A DNA stretch of 64,000 bases from the human T2T-CHM13v2.0 reference genome, Homo sapiens: assembly GCF_009914755.1 (NCBI RefSeq), contig NC_060926.1; one strand, written 5' to 3'. The notes below the pieces were generated by a model. That model did no database searches and was not told the DNA's origin. It saw only the letters and a program-made list of their open reading frames with translations. This document shows, in pieces, positions 38,636-51,333 of the stretch. The translations under genes were made by a program, and so were the position numbers. Position 1 is the stretch's first letter, and the number at the start of each line of letters is the position of its first letter.

Positions 38636-39602
38636 TCATTATTGTTATTATTAATATTAATAACAAAATAAGAATGCATGTGAACATTTTTTAGATATAC
38701 ATATGATGGCATAAAATGCAATATCTTTCCTTTTTCCATAAAAGAGGCAGTTGCAGGAATTCAACATTGAGTGACAGCATATAATAATCAAATGCTCAAT
38801 GAAAGATGGCCATAAAGTTATCAGTCCAGTCCCTACTCCCTTGGCAACTGTACCTGCTACTACTACTCTTACTAAATTCATTTACTAAATTTACATTTTA
38901 ACAGAGTTAGGTAAAGTAAAATCTTATATTTTAGTTCCAGAAATACTTTTCCCAGAACAAGATAGAGCTTGAATTAAGTACAGCATTATTCTGCTCAGAG
39001 GAAGGATAATGAACAAAAATATTTCATGAATACCTTTTCCCAAATAGACATAATCACATTTCCATTCACTCTTAGGATTCTTTGAATCTAGGAATTAGTT
39101 TCCAATTATCTGTTATCTCCCAATAGAATCCTATAAAATAGATGAAATTCTTCTTGCCACGATTAACTTTCATTTCATCTCAAAATGTAATGGAGAAACT
39201 TTCATTCTAAATTCTTGCTAAATTTATTTTGAGATTTATAGCCCGGGATAAAAGGAATGTGAGAGCCATGGCTCCAGAACGGGGATTGGATCCACATTAG
39301 GTTCCAATTAGACACCTGAAAATTCATCTTTCAGAGATGAAGCATCCTCAGACACCAGCTATTCAGGAGGGAAACCCATTCTTATTTCCCCCCCCTCAGG
39401 AAAGAAATAGAATTTTTAGTTGCTTAGTGATTTGTGAACTCCTGAAAAATTGTAGTGACACCTGAAGAGGACTCAGCTCAGTTCAAGTGACCTCAGCACA
39501 AGGAGCAATGAATTGGGATTTATGCTTTCCTATTCCTTTCATCTCAGACAATTGTGTTTACCTGAAGTACCAAATACCAAACAGTGGAAGCAGAGGGCAG
39601 AG

Positions 39603-40330
39603 CAATGGTTTTCCAGTCAGCTGAGATTCCAGTTTAGCAGGCATAGGGACCTAGTCATCTGCATTTTACCAAGCACCCTCTCTTCCCTAGTGGTTCTAAC
39701 CCAGGTCTGCACATCTCATTTTCAGAAACACTGCTAGAAGGAAAAGACAACAGACTTTTGAATTAGAAAAACCAGAATTGGAAGTTCAGCTCTGCCATTT
39801 GCTAACTGGTAGATTTGGATGGCTTGCTTAGTATCTGAGGTTGTTTCCAGGTCTATAAAATAGAATTAGCATTAACAATGACTTTAGTTGTTGTTCTGAC
39901 AAACATATGAGATAATACATGCCATGTGCCTAGCATATATAATATGTACTCAATAAATACTTGTCTCATTTCAAGAGGCTTTTAGGAATATAAGTTATAG
40001 GAAGTGATGTCAGGAAGACATGAACACACACACACACACACATACCACCTTTCTGTGATTTTTCCAAATTTATAATAAAAATAGATATTCATAACATACT
40101 GCTGCTTACTCTTACTCTTTTACTATTTGTACTATTGTCTTGCATTATTGTGTAATGTTTAAACAATAATGTGTTTATGTGTCTGTGGGCACTGTGAGTC
40201 TTTTCTACACAACCAGCTTGCAAACTTTCAGGTAGCAAGGGCCGTTTGTTGCATTGTCAGAAATATCTGACACACAGTGACAGTTTCCATCACAGCACTA
40301 TGCATGTCAAAGATGTTCAATAAGTATATA
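39603..40330. mobile_element. MER5/MER117-like MITE (39603-39735), MIR (39745-39970, plus), L2 3' end (about 40130-40330, plus)
   Basis: 'catctgcattttaccaagcaccc'; 'cagctctgccatttgctaactg...gtgcctagcatatataatatgtactcaataaat'; 'agatgttcaataagtat'. Confidence 0.65.
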
Positions 40331-42282
40331 CTCAGTCAATGCATTTGTTGCAATGAATAATGCCAAATTGTTCGAGAATTGGGCAACACTCCTGTCAACT
40401 CCAACTGGATCAAATAATCTTGCCTTAGTTGAAGCGTGGTCTGAGGTGAATTTAAAGATTTTACAATGCTTCTTATTTTTGAAAACAGAATAAGAAGAAT
40501 GATAAAGAATTAATAATGCCTTGTGTTTCATATAGTTCTTAACATTTTCAACTGTCCTTCAGAACTATCTTATGTTCACCATCTAAAGGATCAGTTACCT
40601 GGTAAGTTGATGAAATCATAATATTATAAAATGTTGGGGTGTTCGTTTTAAAAATCCTTGGATTGATACAAGCAACCCCTGAAACAGGGAAACATACCCT
40701 GACATATTCCAAAGAAATCAAGCAAAGGGAAATGTATATATTTTTTAACTGCAGTGGTATTGCCTTTTTTGTGGGTTATAAAAAAAGCAAATAAACATTG
40801 CAAATTATCTGCAGCAGCAACTTCATCCTGATTCTCTGCAATCTGGGCTGCATGTACACCCCATCATCGTTATGCTGTATCCTTAACACAGAAATAGCCA
40901 AAAGCCCTTTCGGCGTCTCTGTTCAGACCTCTAAGACCGTTCTACCCGCCTGGGTCAGAAGTTGAAATATATGAACAATCTTTCTGTGCTTGAACTTGAG
41001 AGAAAAATCAGTCATCTGTACATGATCTGTGTTAGAGTAAAATGTAATTTTTCCCTCTGACAATGTGTTTATGGTTGTTAACTTATCTTGATTGCCAAGA
41101 GAAATCTGTTTTGTGTGGCAGGCTTTTCTGACTTAAAATGTCAGATGCCACCCCTACCCCCCACCCCATATCCAGCCACCCTTTCAACTAATTCACAAAT
41201 TGACTTGACTCTCAGCTAGGTTAAAAAAATAATTTCCTGAAAATTAAAAGTCTGGCACAATACTGTACTAAAAGTCCATTTATCTTGTCTATTTTTATAA
41301 AGCTTCATTGCAGCATCTGGCAAAATGCCCACTTCTAGTAACAAAGGTCCCCAAGGACATTTGGCAAGAGCGACTTTTCTTCTAAGACCCTGAAAATGAT
41401 CCTGGACTTCCTAACGTATGATTTTAAAAGCTTGCAATTAGGATTTGTAAGAGGATCCTGTGTATGATTTGTTAAAGGTGAAGATTGAGTGAAAATGCTG
41501 TGGAGATAAAGTGACTAAAATACTTTGGATGTGTCTTTGTCATCTCTGTTAGGAGTGCCACCTCTTCGTTGATCACATAAGTCAGGGACTGAATGAAAGC
41601 TCAGGATTTTGATATTATTATGAAAGATAATGGCTAAAGATTATCTAGACGAGGCAGCACAATGATTCACTCTTGTTTAATCAACTACAACTTCTACTAA
41701 GCGCTCAATATAAACCAGACTAATCTTTCCACCTTCCTGCAGGAAACTGCAATGGCACCTGTTTATTCAGCTCCCCTGGTATTGAGTAAATCCTTCCTTT
41801 TCTTCCCTCCTTCTCCCACCAATCAGTTGAGGGAAACGTTTTCAGCATTTCCAATCTAAGACTGATTGGGCTTTCCTGTTGATGTCAAGTTGAAGCATTC
41901 CATTGGGAAAGCAACCTCAAGACTGCTGACTTTTTTGTGGCCCTGAGCTAACCAAATGATTGCAGCAAATGCACCCCTCTTTCAGGCTATGAAAGACAAA
42001 TGGCTTGTGAATTGCTTGTTTGGAATGTTTCGTGAAGAAATGACCATTTGTGTTGAAGAAACTGCAGACGTATTTCACCCAATTTGATACAAGGTTTCCT
42101 CTTTTTTTGACAATAGCTCCACTTACCAGATTCTTCTTTAAGCAAGATTTAGTCTAATGCAAAGCCACTTTGTCAGTTCGGTGACACCCGAATCAATAGC
42201 CATTTTGCCTCAATGATTTACCCTCAATGTCATTTCATTAACGAATTCTTACACTGAAACCATTGATACCAAATTCCAAAGA

Positions 42283-43764
42283 GATTGCAGAATGAGGTTT
42301 TTCCTTTTTTTCTTTTAATTACATTTGGAATATTGAAAGTGTGTTTCCTTTATTAAATTAAGTACTTTAGAAGAGTTTGAAACTCTTCTGAGGCATGACC
42401 AAAGACACAATTCCATCTGTTTTGTTTTTCTTATTTATGACATAGATGATTTTATTTTAAACAGTGCATGCGTTTCACGTTAATTCTTCTTCATATCTGT
42501 CAGAGCACATCATCTGTGATGTGTGCATAGTTAACTGGAGCATTTTGCGAGAAGATTTAGGCGGAAAGTAAAAGCAGCTTTGAAAAAATCAGCTAAAATT
42601 GGAAACCAAATGCTTATGGGGTTGCTGGATGTCTGTTCTGTACTGAGCAACAATTTTAAGGATAACTTATTGATACCTGAAACATGTTGGAAGTTGTTCT
42701 CACCCAATTAGTGAATGTTAAGCCCTTTCTCCTGGACAGGTGTTGAATGTCCCAATGACTGCATGCAATCTCGTGTTAGTATTTTGTGGCTGGGATAGAA
42801 GCCAGGGACAGAGGAGCTATGTAAATGCAGTCCTCCTCCGGGTACGCTCTTTGGTTTCCCCTCATTAGAACTGAGTTGTACCAGTGCAGAAGCTTCCACC
42901 TCTGAAGGCTTTGGTCTGCCCTGTTCACCATGTTCCTTAAACTGGGACACTCACACAACTATCTCCACCGCCACAGACGGTGGAGTGGAGTCCTAGTGTC
43001 TACTCTATCCATAGGGTATTTCTTCCTAGAACATCAGTTTTGCTCTATGGTAAGAAATTTAAAATAAATTTTATACCAAAGCAAGCATAATATATCATGG
43101 AGTAAAATGTTTAATTCCCAAGATTTCAATAACAGAGGCTTTAAGGAAACCTCACCATAGTTGTAGGCAATTTGGACTACCCCTGAGGACACATACTGAC
43201 TCTTCCTCCCCCTGCTAGGTTGGGAAAGGTTCAGGAAGTTCTGTTGAATGCTCTAAATAATCTTTCAGAACAGCATATTCTATTATATTTTCAGGCATTG
43301 AGCTCTTGAAAACTAACAGTAGTGAGATCGGCATCACCAAGATGCCACATAGCTGAATTGCATATTCGGTTATTTTGGTTATAACCCCAGGAATTTCTAG
43401 CCATTAAATTTCTTTCATGTAGTTCTGAAGCCTCCACCCCAATAAAAAGCAATCTTGTGGAAACTGTTTCCAACCATTATGGGTTCAAGTTCACATGAGA
43501 TGTATCTGCAGGTTATAATATTTACTCAATACACGTCTTACCAAACACAAATTATATATCTTAGAAATAGTTTGGGGTTAGTTTTATAATCTTGTGCCTG
43601 GTAAAATTCACCAACCTCAAACTTTTTTTAAAAATATGATTACAGAATTAGAGGATATTTTTATTTATTGCATTTGGAAATTGAAAGTACTTTTTCTTTA
43701 TTAAAATAAGTACTTTAGACCAGTTTGAAACACTTCTGAGTCATGACCAAAGACACAATTCCAT
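42283..43764 (+). repeat. Dispersed direct repeat of about 130 bp (42283-42416 and 43638-43764)
   Basis: Both copies share 'catttggaa..ttgaaagt...tttattaaa.taagtactttaga..agtttgaaac.cttctgag.catgaccaaagacacaattccat'. Confidence 0.92.
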
Positions 43765-43800
43765 TTAATTTGTTCGCGTAAGGTATGTGTGCAGATTTAT

Positions 43801-43877
43801 TACTTATTTAGTACTCATTTATAGATTTAGTATTTATTTAATATTCATTTATAGATTTAGTATTTATTTAGTATTCA
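43801..43877. repeat. 30-bp minisatellite, about 2.5 copies
   Basis: Unit tatttatttaatattcatttatagatttag. Confidence 0.92.
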
Positions 43878-45169
43878 CCTTATAATACACAAATGATGGA
43901 TCCTGGGAACAGTCTATGGTCAGTTTCATGATGTTTTATCCACTAAAGTTCACAAGCATTTTGAAAAAACAAACAAACAACAAAAAAAAACAAACTTGGT
44001 TCCCAGTTACTCATTACATCATGACTCAATACGGCAATATATGCTTCAAGAATGTTCATGTCCCTTCTCTTTCAATGCAATTATTCTTTTTCCATTTCTA
44101 CTTCCAAAATGAGATGCTCATGGGACTAAAAAGCTCAACTGCTTTTCGTGGTCAGGCAGGACACACAAAAGAATAAAGCTGCTGGCTAAGATATTAGGCA
44201 TTACACTAGTTATGTTTTGATCAATCATATTATTTCCCTAGTTACATAAACTTTCTGCAGGCCAAATCAAACACACACTCTAGCCAAATTTACCCTGTCA
44301 GCCTCCAGCATGCAGCTTCCACCTGGAATACCTTCCTCTTTCCTCTTAATGGTGGTTCCCTCTTCTTTCTAATGCTGCCTTCAAAATCCACTACCTTCGC
44401 ATCACAATTACTTGTACCAGTACCTGTCCTAGTGTCCAAGGCAGGCTCCCACCCAAGGCTGGGTAAACAGTAACTGGCAGGAGTGTCAGCTGACCTAACA
44501 GGAGACACAACTACTCCGAAACAAGCCATGTATGGCATTCTTCTGTGTGACTCTGCCTACCTAGTTTACTCCCCCTGACACCTGAATCATGACTGCAATT
44601 ATCATGTGGAATTCTTTGAGTACAAGTATCTTCCATATCAAGTCTTGGAGGTCTTCTTCATCTCAGGTCACAAAAATAATAAAAAGCTTCATTGAGAATA
44701 AAAACCCACATGATAGGCATGCACTGCAATCAGTTTAGTAATTGGTAACTGGAAGAATAGTCATCGGTATCTATCAAACAAATCATAAATGAAAAACATA
44801 TCTACTTCAGGTATCTACCTCTCATTTATTCCCACCCGCTGCCCCACTCCCCCAACCCCTGCCATGCACACACAGAATTGCTGGGACCTTTAGCTGCATA
44901 GTTAAAGGAAATGATTTGTTCTTAGTCTTCTTTTTTGTGGCCCTTTGACATTTTTTGCGTGTCTTTCACCATCTTCCTTGGGATTCCTAAATTAGAGACT
45001 TCAAATCAAATTGCAGATAATTCTTTGTCTTTCTGCTTAACGATTCTTTAAAATTCATACCTTCAGGACAACATTCAAACTTCAGGCACTCTGACAAGGC
45101 GACCAATAGGCTATAAACAAGGCAGGCTCCGGACCATAGCCAGAAAGCTTGCTGAGCAGAACACTGGCT

Positions 45170-45234
45170 GACCCTGCTTAGGTTAGAGCACTTGTGCAGT
45201 GCACAAACTGCCCAACCACACATGCCAGCCCTGT
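45170..45234. mobile_element. MER91-like hAT-Tip100 MITE fragment
   Basis: 'ttgtgcagtgcacaaactgcccaaccacacatgccagccctg'. Confidence 0.55.
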
Positions 45235-47564
45235 ACCTTGGATTTTACTTTAACTGTTTTATAGTTTCTTTTACATTTCATATTTATTTTTCTTTGATGT
45301 GTTTTACCTTCTTTTTGATTTATAATATTTAATTGATTTCATATCAAAACACTATGGCTTGAGGTAACTAGCAACACAATGAGGAAAGTAGACTTGCTCC
45401 CTGACAATACATGAAAGTAAGGGTCTGTTAGAACACATAATGAGTTGGGCTGAATGTAGAGGAAGTCAACTTTAAGGTACTGAAATGACCCAGTGCACAA
45501 TGCTATGCTTTCCCTTGATTCCTGAACAACAGTGTGATTAGTCATAAGGGGCCTGGTCTTAAGGGCCTGTGGCATCCCAGAATCAGACTGGAAGCTCTGT
45601 AGTGGCAGGGACAAAGGTTCTGTCCTCTTCTTTGGCTGCTGATCTTTCCAGGCTTTGGTGGAAAGGGCAACCCAAACTATCGGCAGAGGATAGGTGTGGA
45701 GGATTCATCAGCTTGACGCTCCCTCCCCATATTCCAATATATGCACAGAAGTTTGTGTCTGTTTTGCATTCATTGTTTTCCCTCATATGTCTGTGATGTA
45801 TTTTATTCAAAGAAACATAAATTCAAAAACCTAGAAAGTCAATATATAGTCTTTACCTTAAAATACAAAAAAGTATTATTTTTTCTCTAAAGAGAAAGTG
45901 AATTTCCTTATTCCACAATTTTATGCATCTCATCTATCCAATTTTTTTATGTCCCCGTCATCTCAGTTTGACTTTTCAAGATATTCTTATGCCTTACAAT
46001 ACCCTAAACAGTATCACATCTCATTAAGGAGATGGAAGCCTTTTGCCAACACAGCATTTTCATCTGTTCCCAACATGAGTAGGTCATGTACACCACTGTT
46101 GCGTCAAAGCCTTTCAAGGTAATAAATTAATTGAATTAATGTTTTGTGGTGAATGAAGAACAGCAGAAGCCTCACTGCCACGGTTGCTCCTTTCAAGTAA
46201 ATACTTAAATTTCCTGGGCATGGAAAGGAATTCCCCATAAACTAGACAAATGATCCATCTCTGTGTGATACATCTATTTTTATTATACCTGCAGGTAGAC
46301 ATTAATGTACCCATTCTTTTTACCCTAAAGCAGAAACATTAATGAACAATATGAAGTTATAGCTCTCAAAATGGGGTGATTTCTTACCTGAATGACTGTC
46401 ACAATCTATGCCAAGTTGAGGAAAGAGTAGAAGGAAACAGAGAAGTGGCACAGACAGATTCCAGAAAGCTCTTTTGAAAGCCCTGATTTCTTTTGCTCCC
46501 AGAAATCTTCTGACCTAAACTCTCTGGCTTTTGGTTTAACACAGTAAAATAATTGCTGTAAATTCTTTTCTTCCTTTAAAGAAAACTTGAGAACTATCCT
46601 GAATTTTCCACTTCGTTTATAGCTGAGCTATTGTAATTTCAGCAGGATTTTGACACTTAGAAAAAAGTGGAGAAATCATCACAACATGAAATAATGAACA
46701 CTTTTTAATAAAAAGAAAAAGCAGTGTGGCTCTGACAAGGATACGTCTAGTCTGACCAGGGCGATATCCTTGTGGGAGTTCTGGTCAACCAAAGGAAGCC
46801 AGCGATATAATCAATCTTAAGTTTTAGCAGGGTCTTTGATTCTGCCCCACACAACACACACATCAATTAAGTGGAAAAACAAGGTCTGAACTACTCAGTC
46901 ATGAGGTGAGTGGAAAACCAGCTGGAAAGTCAGACCTAAAGAGAGGTTATCAATGGATCAGTGTCAACCTAGGGACACACAACAAATGGTGCCACAGTTC
47001 CTCCAGGGTCAGCTCTGAATCTGAGGTGGTTTAACATTTCTATCAGTGACCTAGAGGATTCAACAGAGAGAAGGTTCTTATTAAGCTCTGAAGGGCAAAG
47101 GGGGAAGGCCAGATTCCTGGGACTAGGGCAATAAAATCCAAAGCAATAGAGTAAATTGCCAAACCAATCAGCTGCAACTAAAGTAAGGTTTAATGGGGAT
47201 AACAGTGTCATACTGAAGAACAGATTTTGCCTGATGGAGACAGGGAAAAGTTAAGTATATGTAACTCTGGCAGTAAAAGACATTTAGGATTTCTGCCACA
47301 GATTCAGTTATAGTCCAAGCCCTTTTCTTGTCTATTGATGCATGCCATAGACTTCGATTTCCGAAATCTTTGGGAAAAGAAGGTAAAAGATTGTGAGGAG
47401 ACCAGTATCAGGTTGCTTTGTATTTTTTTTTAAGATTTGTGTTGTTCTTGATTATCTAAAACCAAAAAGTCTCATCTCAAAGAAAAAGAATTAGCTGCAC
47501 TCCAAAGGTCTAATACGCATTTTGTACAATATTTGTAAAACATTTATTTGCTATACTCAACTTC

Positions 47565-47572
47565 CACATATG

Positions 47573-47611
<39 letters not shown>
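47565..47611. repeat. (CA)n with (GC)n head
   Basis: cacatatgtgcgcgcacacaca... Confidence 0.97.
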
Positions 47612-47616
<5 letters not shown>

Positions 47617-47767
47617 CACACCACTTTAATGTACCACACGAAGCCCTCTGCCAATAACTTGCTCCTGAAAAAGGCCATGCCCAATAGTCAATTCCCCGGA
47701 CTACAGGAAGAGAGTCAATCAAGAAAACAAAAAAGGCCTGAAACAATTAAAAAAAAAAAAAAGTATA

Positions 47768-47981
47768 CAGCCTGGGCAACATAGCAAGACACTGTCTCTA
47801 CAAAATAAAAAAATTAGCTAGGTGTGGTGGCACATGCCTGTGGTCCCAGCTACTCAGGAGGCTGAGGTGGGAGGATCACTTGAGCCCAGGAGGTTGAGGC
47901 TGTTGTGAGCTGAGACTGAGCCACTGCACTCCAAGTTGGGTGACAGAGCAAGATCCTGTCTCAAAAACAAACAAACAAAAA
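47768..47981 (+). mobile_element. AluJo, 5' truncated
   Basis: 'cagcctgggcaacatagcaagac...gtgggaggatcacttgagcccaggaggttgaggctg'. Confidence 0.93.
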
Positions 47982-48337
47982 CCGAAATAAGTACAACATA
48001 AAGACACAAAAAGTAAAAACCATAACATCAAATCTTCCCTCTAGTATTGAACTACTTGGGAAAACTGAGAAAAATTTATCTTGGAGCCATAAAAATAGAG
48101 AGTTAAATATAAAAAAGCTAAAGGTTTCCAGATTATCCACATAGAACAAAGCCTACAGGAAGATTTAATGTCAAAGCTGAGAAAATGCTTGTAAAGAAAT
48201 ATTATAATTACTTGTTCTTTAACTTCACTAAGGATGTAGTGATGGGAGGAGGAATGGGCCTCAACTCTGAAATGGAAAGATACAAATAACATCTTCTAAA
48301 ATGTGGATGGATGGATAGATAGATAGACAGATAGACT

Positions 48338-48560
48338 CTAATGTACAGTGAGTTAGGCACTTGCCTTAGGCACATATTTAAAAAGGCACCAAAAATCTCA
48401 GTAATCAAGATAAATAGTGTTTTAGTACAATATCTTTAAAAAATCAAAATTAATGCAAAAATTCCGTAATAAATGACATATAAACATTTCACATAAAGAC
48501 AGGATCAGGATTACTGACATTTCTCTTTTACCTCAGGCTCCAATATGGCTTGGCAACAAT
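48338..48560. mobile_element. ORSL-like hAT-Tip100 element
   Basis: 'ctcagtaatcaagataaata', 'aaatcaaaattaatgcaaaaa', 'taaagacaggatc', 'cctcaggctccaatatggct'. Confidence 0.8.
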
Positions 48561-49328
48561 ATGGCTGAGCTAACTGCTCAAGTTACTACCCACAGGAGTT
48601 TGAAAAATCTGTAAACAACATAGATTTTCATCCAAGTATTTGACTACTGTGAGGTATTCTTCCAAAGAGGCAGATTATTTAAAGCAAAGGCATATTATTA
48701 GTTTCCTAGATAGACTTTGAGGTTGCCTTTATCTTTTCCAGGAAATTTAGCTAAATGTCATGCCTACTAATTAAAATGTTCCTAAGACAAGGATGACAAA
48801 ACATGGATCATCATATGTTCTTCTAATTTACTGCTGAACACACAAAAAAGAAAGAAAATGCTATCTCTATTCCAAAATTACCTTTTATAGCAAAGTCTTA
48901 TTCTTTTCTTTTTTTTTTTTCACTTAATGTTCAGGTCCATATTTTTGTTCGTATTATTTAATCTCATAAATGCCAGCTTCTTCACGTTATTACCAAGAAG
49001 GGGAGGTGAGTTTCTTTACAGGTTTCTGTTCTATTATTCCTTCCTGCAATGCTATAAATAAGTGAATATTCCCTGGAATCACTCTTGTCAAAAGTAGTAA
49101 GTAAAGCAAGATCTCAGACAAATACGAAAATCATGTCTTCCATGAAATATGATAGTATTGCTGTAGATATCTGTCTCTTAGACTTCTGATAATTCATAAA
49201 ACATCAAACGATCCACCTTTGATATGAAATCTGAAGCAATTCCAGCATGTAAACTTGTTTAACTGCCATAAATTGAAGAGTTTTAATGGGGCTTTTACAA
49301 GTGTTAATAAATTTCAGTTTCAACCCAG

Positions 49329-49330
49329 TT

Positions 49331-49364
<34 letters not shown>

Positions 49365-49391
49365 ACTCTCTCTTCCTTTCTCTCTCTCTTT
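49329..49391. repeat. (CT)n tract
   Basis: Directly visible. Confidence 0.95.
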
Positions 49392-50559
49392 CAATTTAGG
49401 CTTTAACCTTCACATTAAACATATTTTTTCATGATAAGAATCACTTATACTTTCTTGATTCAAACATTCTTTGGCAGTGGAATAATTACATATCCTGTTT
49501 CTTTTATTCCTTTTTTCTTTGACTATTAAGTAATCCTTGGTGGCAATAAAAACATCATACTGTGGATGACACAAAAATGAGAACAGTGAGATATATTTCA
49601 ATGTACTTGAAAGTAAATGATTGTTCAAATATGCTTCATAGAATTTTCATGAACGTAGAAGATATTCAATTATAAGTGGCCAAGAAAAATATTGAACCCA
49701 TAATTAGGGAGGAATAGCTAAAGCACAGTTTTTCCATTATATAGCTTTTTTATACATCCATGCATGCATTTATCCTAGAAAGTTTTCACACAAATAAATA
49801 TCTATGCTTGTGCCTATATACTGTTGAAATAGATAGGTCTGGGAAGGGTGTGATTAATTATAAAGACATTTGCTTATTCGTGATGTCAAATCAAGTCATT
49901 CTGGCACAGAGATTTTATTTATTTGAGTTTTGCAGGGTGAGTGTGCTAAATCATCAGGGCTGACCAGAAGAACCACTTAAATTCTCAGGATAATATACAA
50001 CCATTATTTCTCATGGACGTATGAAATAAAATCTAAAGTCAACTTAAGTCTGAATGTATTATCTTTTCCAGAATTCAAATTTAGGTGGAACCTAAGACAT
50101 CTTGATTCAAATTGGGAGTGGGCCGAAGGAGTGACCAAAGTGTCTGTAATTCTCATTCTTATCCTATCATCTGGGTTTCAAGTTCAAAAGAATTGAATTA
50201 AAATCCTTCCTTCCTCTTGTGGTCTAGAAAATTGCCTTTTCCATTCTCAAGAACGCCCAGATGACAATATAGTATATCTCTTTTCTTAGTAACAGAAAAT
50301 CCAAAGGCTTTATGGAACAAAGGTTTGGGGGAACAAATAATATGAATACACAAGTACAGACTGGAAGGAGAGGAAACTAACGAGATCATTATTAGTGAAT
50401 GATAGGCCATGTCTGGTCCCTTGAGTTGAATTAATGGTGGTCTGGTTTCTAGATAAAGGAGGTGATGGTCCTTATCAATGCTGTTATTCTCTAACCACTC
50501 CTGAAAAAAATGGTCTTCATTCAGTCCACAGCAATTAACCAAAAAGGACTCTGAGGGCA

Positions 50560-50770
50560 GTAATTAGCCACGACACATATAAGGGTCAGTTAAATAAATG
50601 ACGGCTGATAAGCCTGGAGAGAAGATATAGTTACAGTGTTCAAATACCTGCATGACTATCACAAGGAAGAAAGAACAGATCTGTTCTGTGTGATTCTACA
50701 AATGGTCAACTGAATCTCATCACTAAATTAACTTTCAAGCTTCTTTCCATTTCTAGGATCCTAAGACTAT
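50560..50770 (+). mobile_element. L3 (CR1) 3' fragment
   Basis: 'agcctggagagaaga...gtgttcaaatacctgcatgactatcacaaggaagaaagaacagatctgttctgtgtg'. Confidence 0.7.
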
Positions 50771-50961
50771 TTCTGGAATTTTATGACTGTAATTAATCAG
50801 ATCTTTTGTCTTCAAACCAGGGAATAATTAATCTCTTTAGACATGCAAGAATCTCTTTTGCTTTAAAGGTCCTCATCTTTTGCTTAGGTGGAGGAAAACT
50901 CTGGGCTGCTCTTTAAGGAAGATCAGAGTACACTGACGTTTGGTATTTGAGGTAAGAGCCA

Positions 50962-50962
<1 letters not shown>

Positions 50963-51001
<39 letters not shown>

Positions 51002-51333
51002 CCCTCATAAATAGAGGTAATGGCCAAGCGTAGTGGCTCAAGCCTGTAATCCCAGCACTTTGGGAGGCCGAGGCAGGCAGATTGCCTGAGATCAGGAGGT
51101 TGTGACCAGCCTGGCCAACACGGTGAAACCCCATCTCTACCCAAAATACAAAAATTAGCCAGGTATGGTGGCGAGCACCTGTAATCCCAGCTACTCAGGA
51201 GGCTGAGGCAGGAGAATGGCTTGAATCTGGGGAGGTGGAGGTCGCAGTGAGCCAAGATTGTGCCACTGTACTCCAGTCTGGGTGACAGAGCAAGACTCCC
51301 TCTCAAAAAAATAAAATAAAATAAATAAATAAA
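50963..51333 (+). mobile_element. (CA)n (50963-50997) followed by AluSx (51022-51333)
   Basis: Full Alu dimer with (TAAA)n tail. Confidence 0.95.

Noticed and set aside
42121-42260. Minus-strand exon ending at strong donor CTG|GTAAGT
   Set aside because: Weak acceptor and stops in all frames; no further support.
42961-42990. CTCF or REST site
   Set aside because: Too many mismatches at core positions; kept only as a hairpin.
43801-43877. CRISPR-like array (also short tandem duplications at 2932-2963 and 58966-59012)
   Set aside because: No unique spacers and a eukaryotic context; ordinary slippage duplications.
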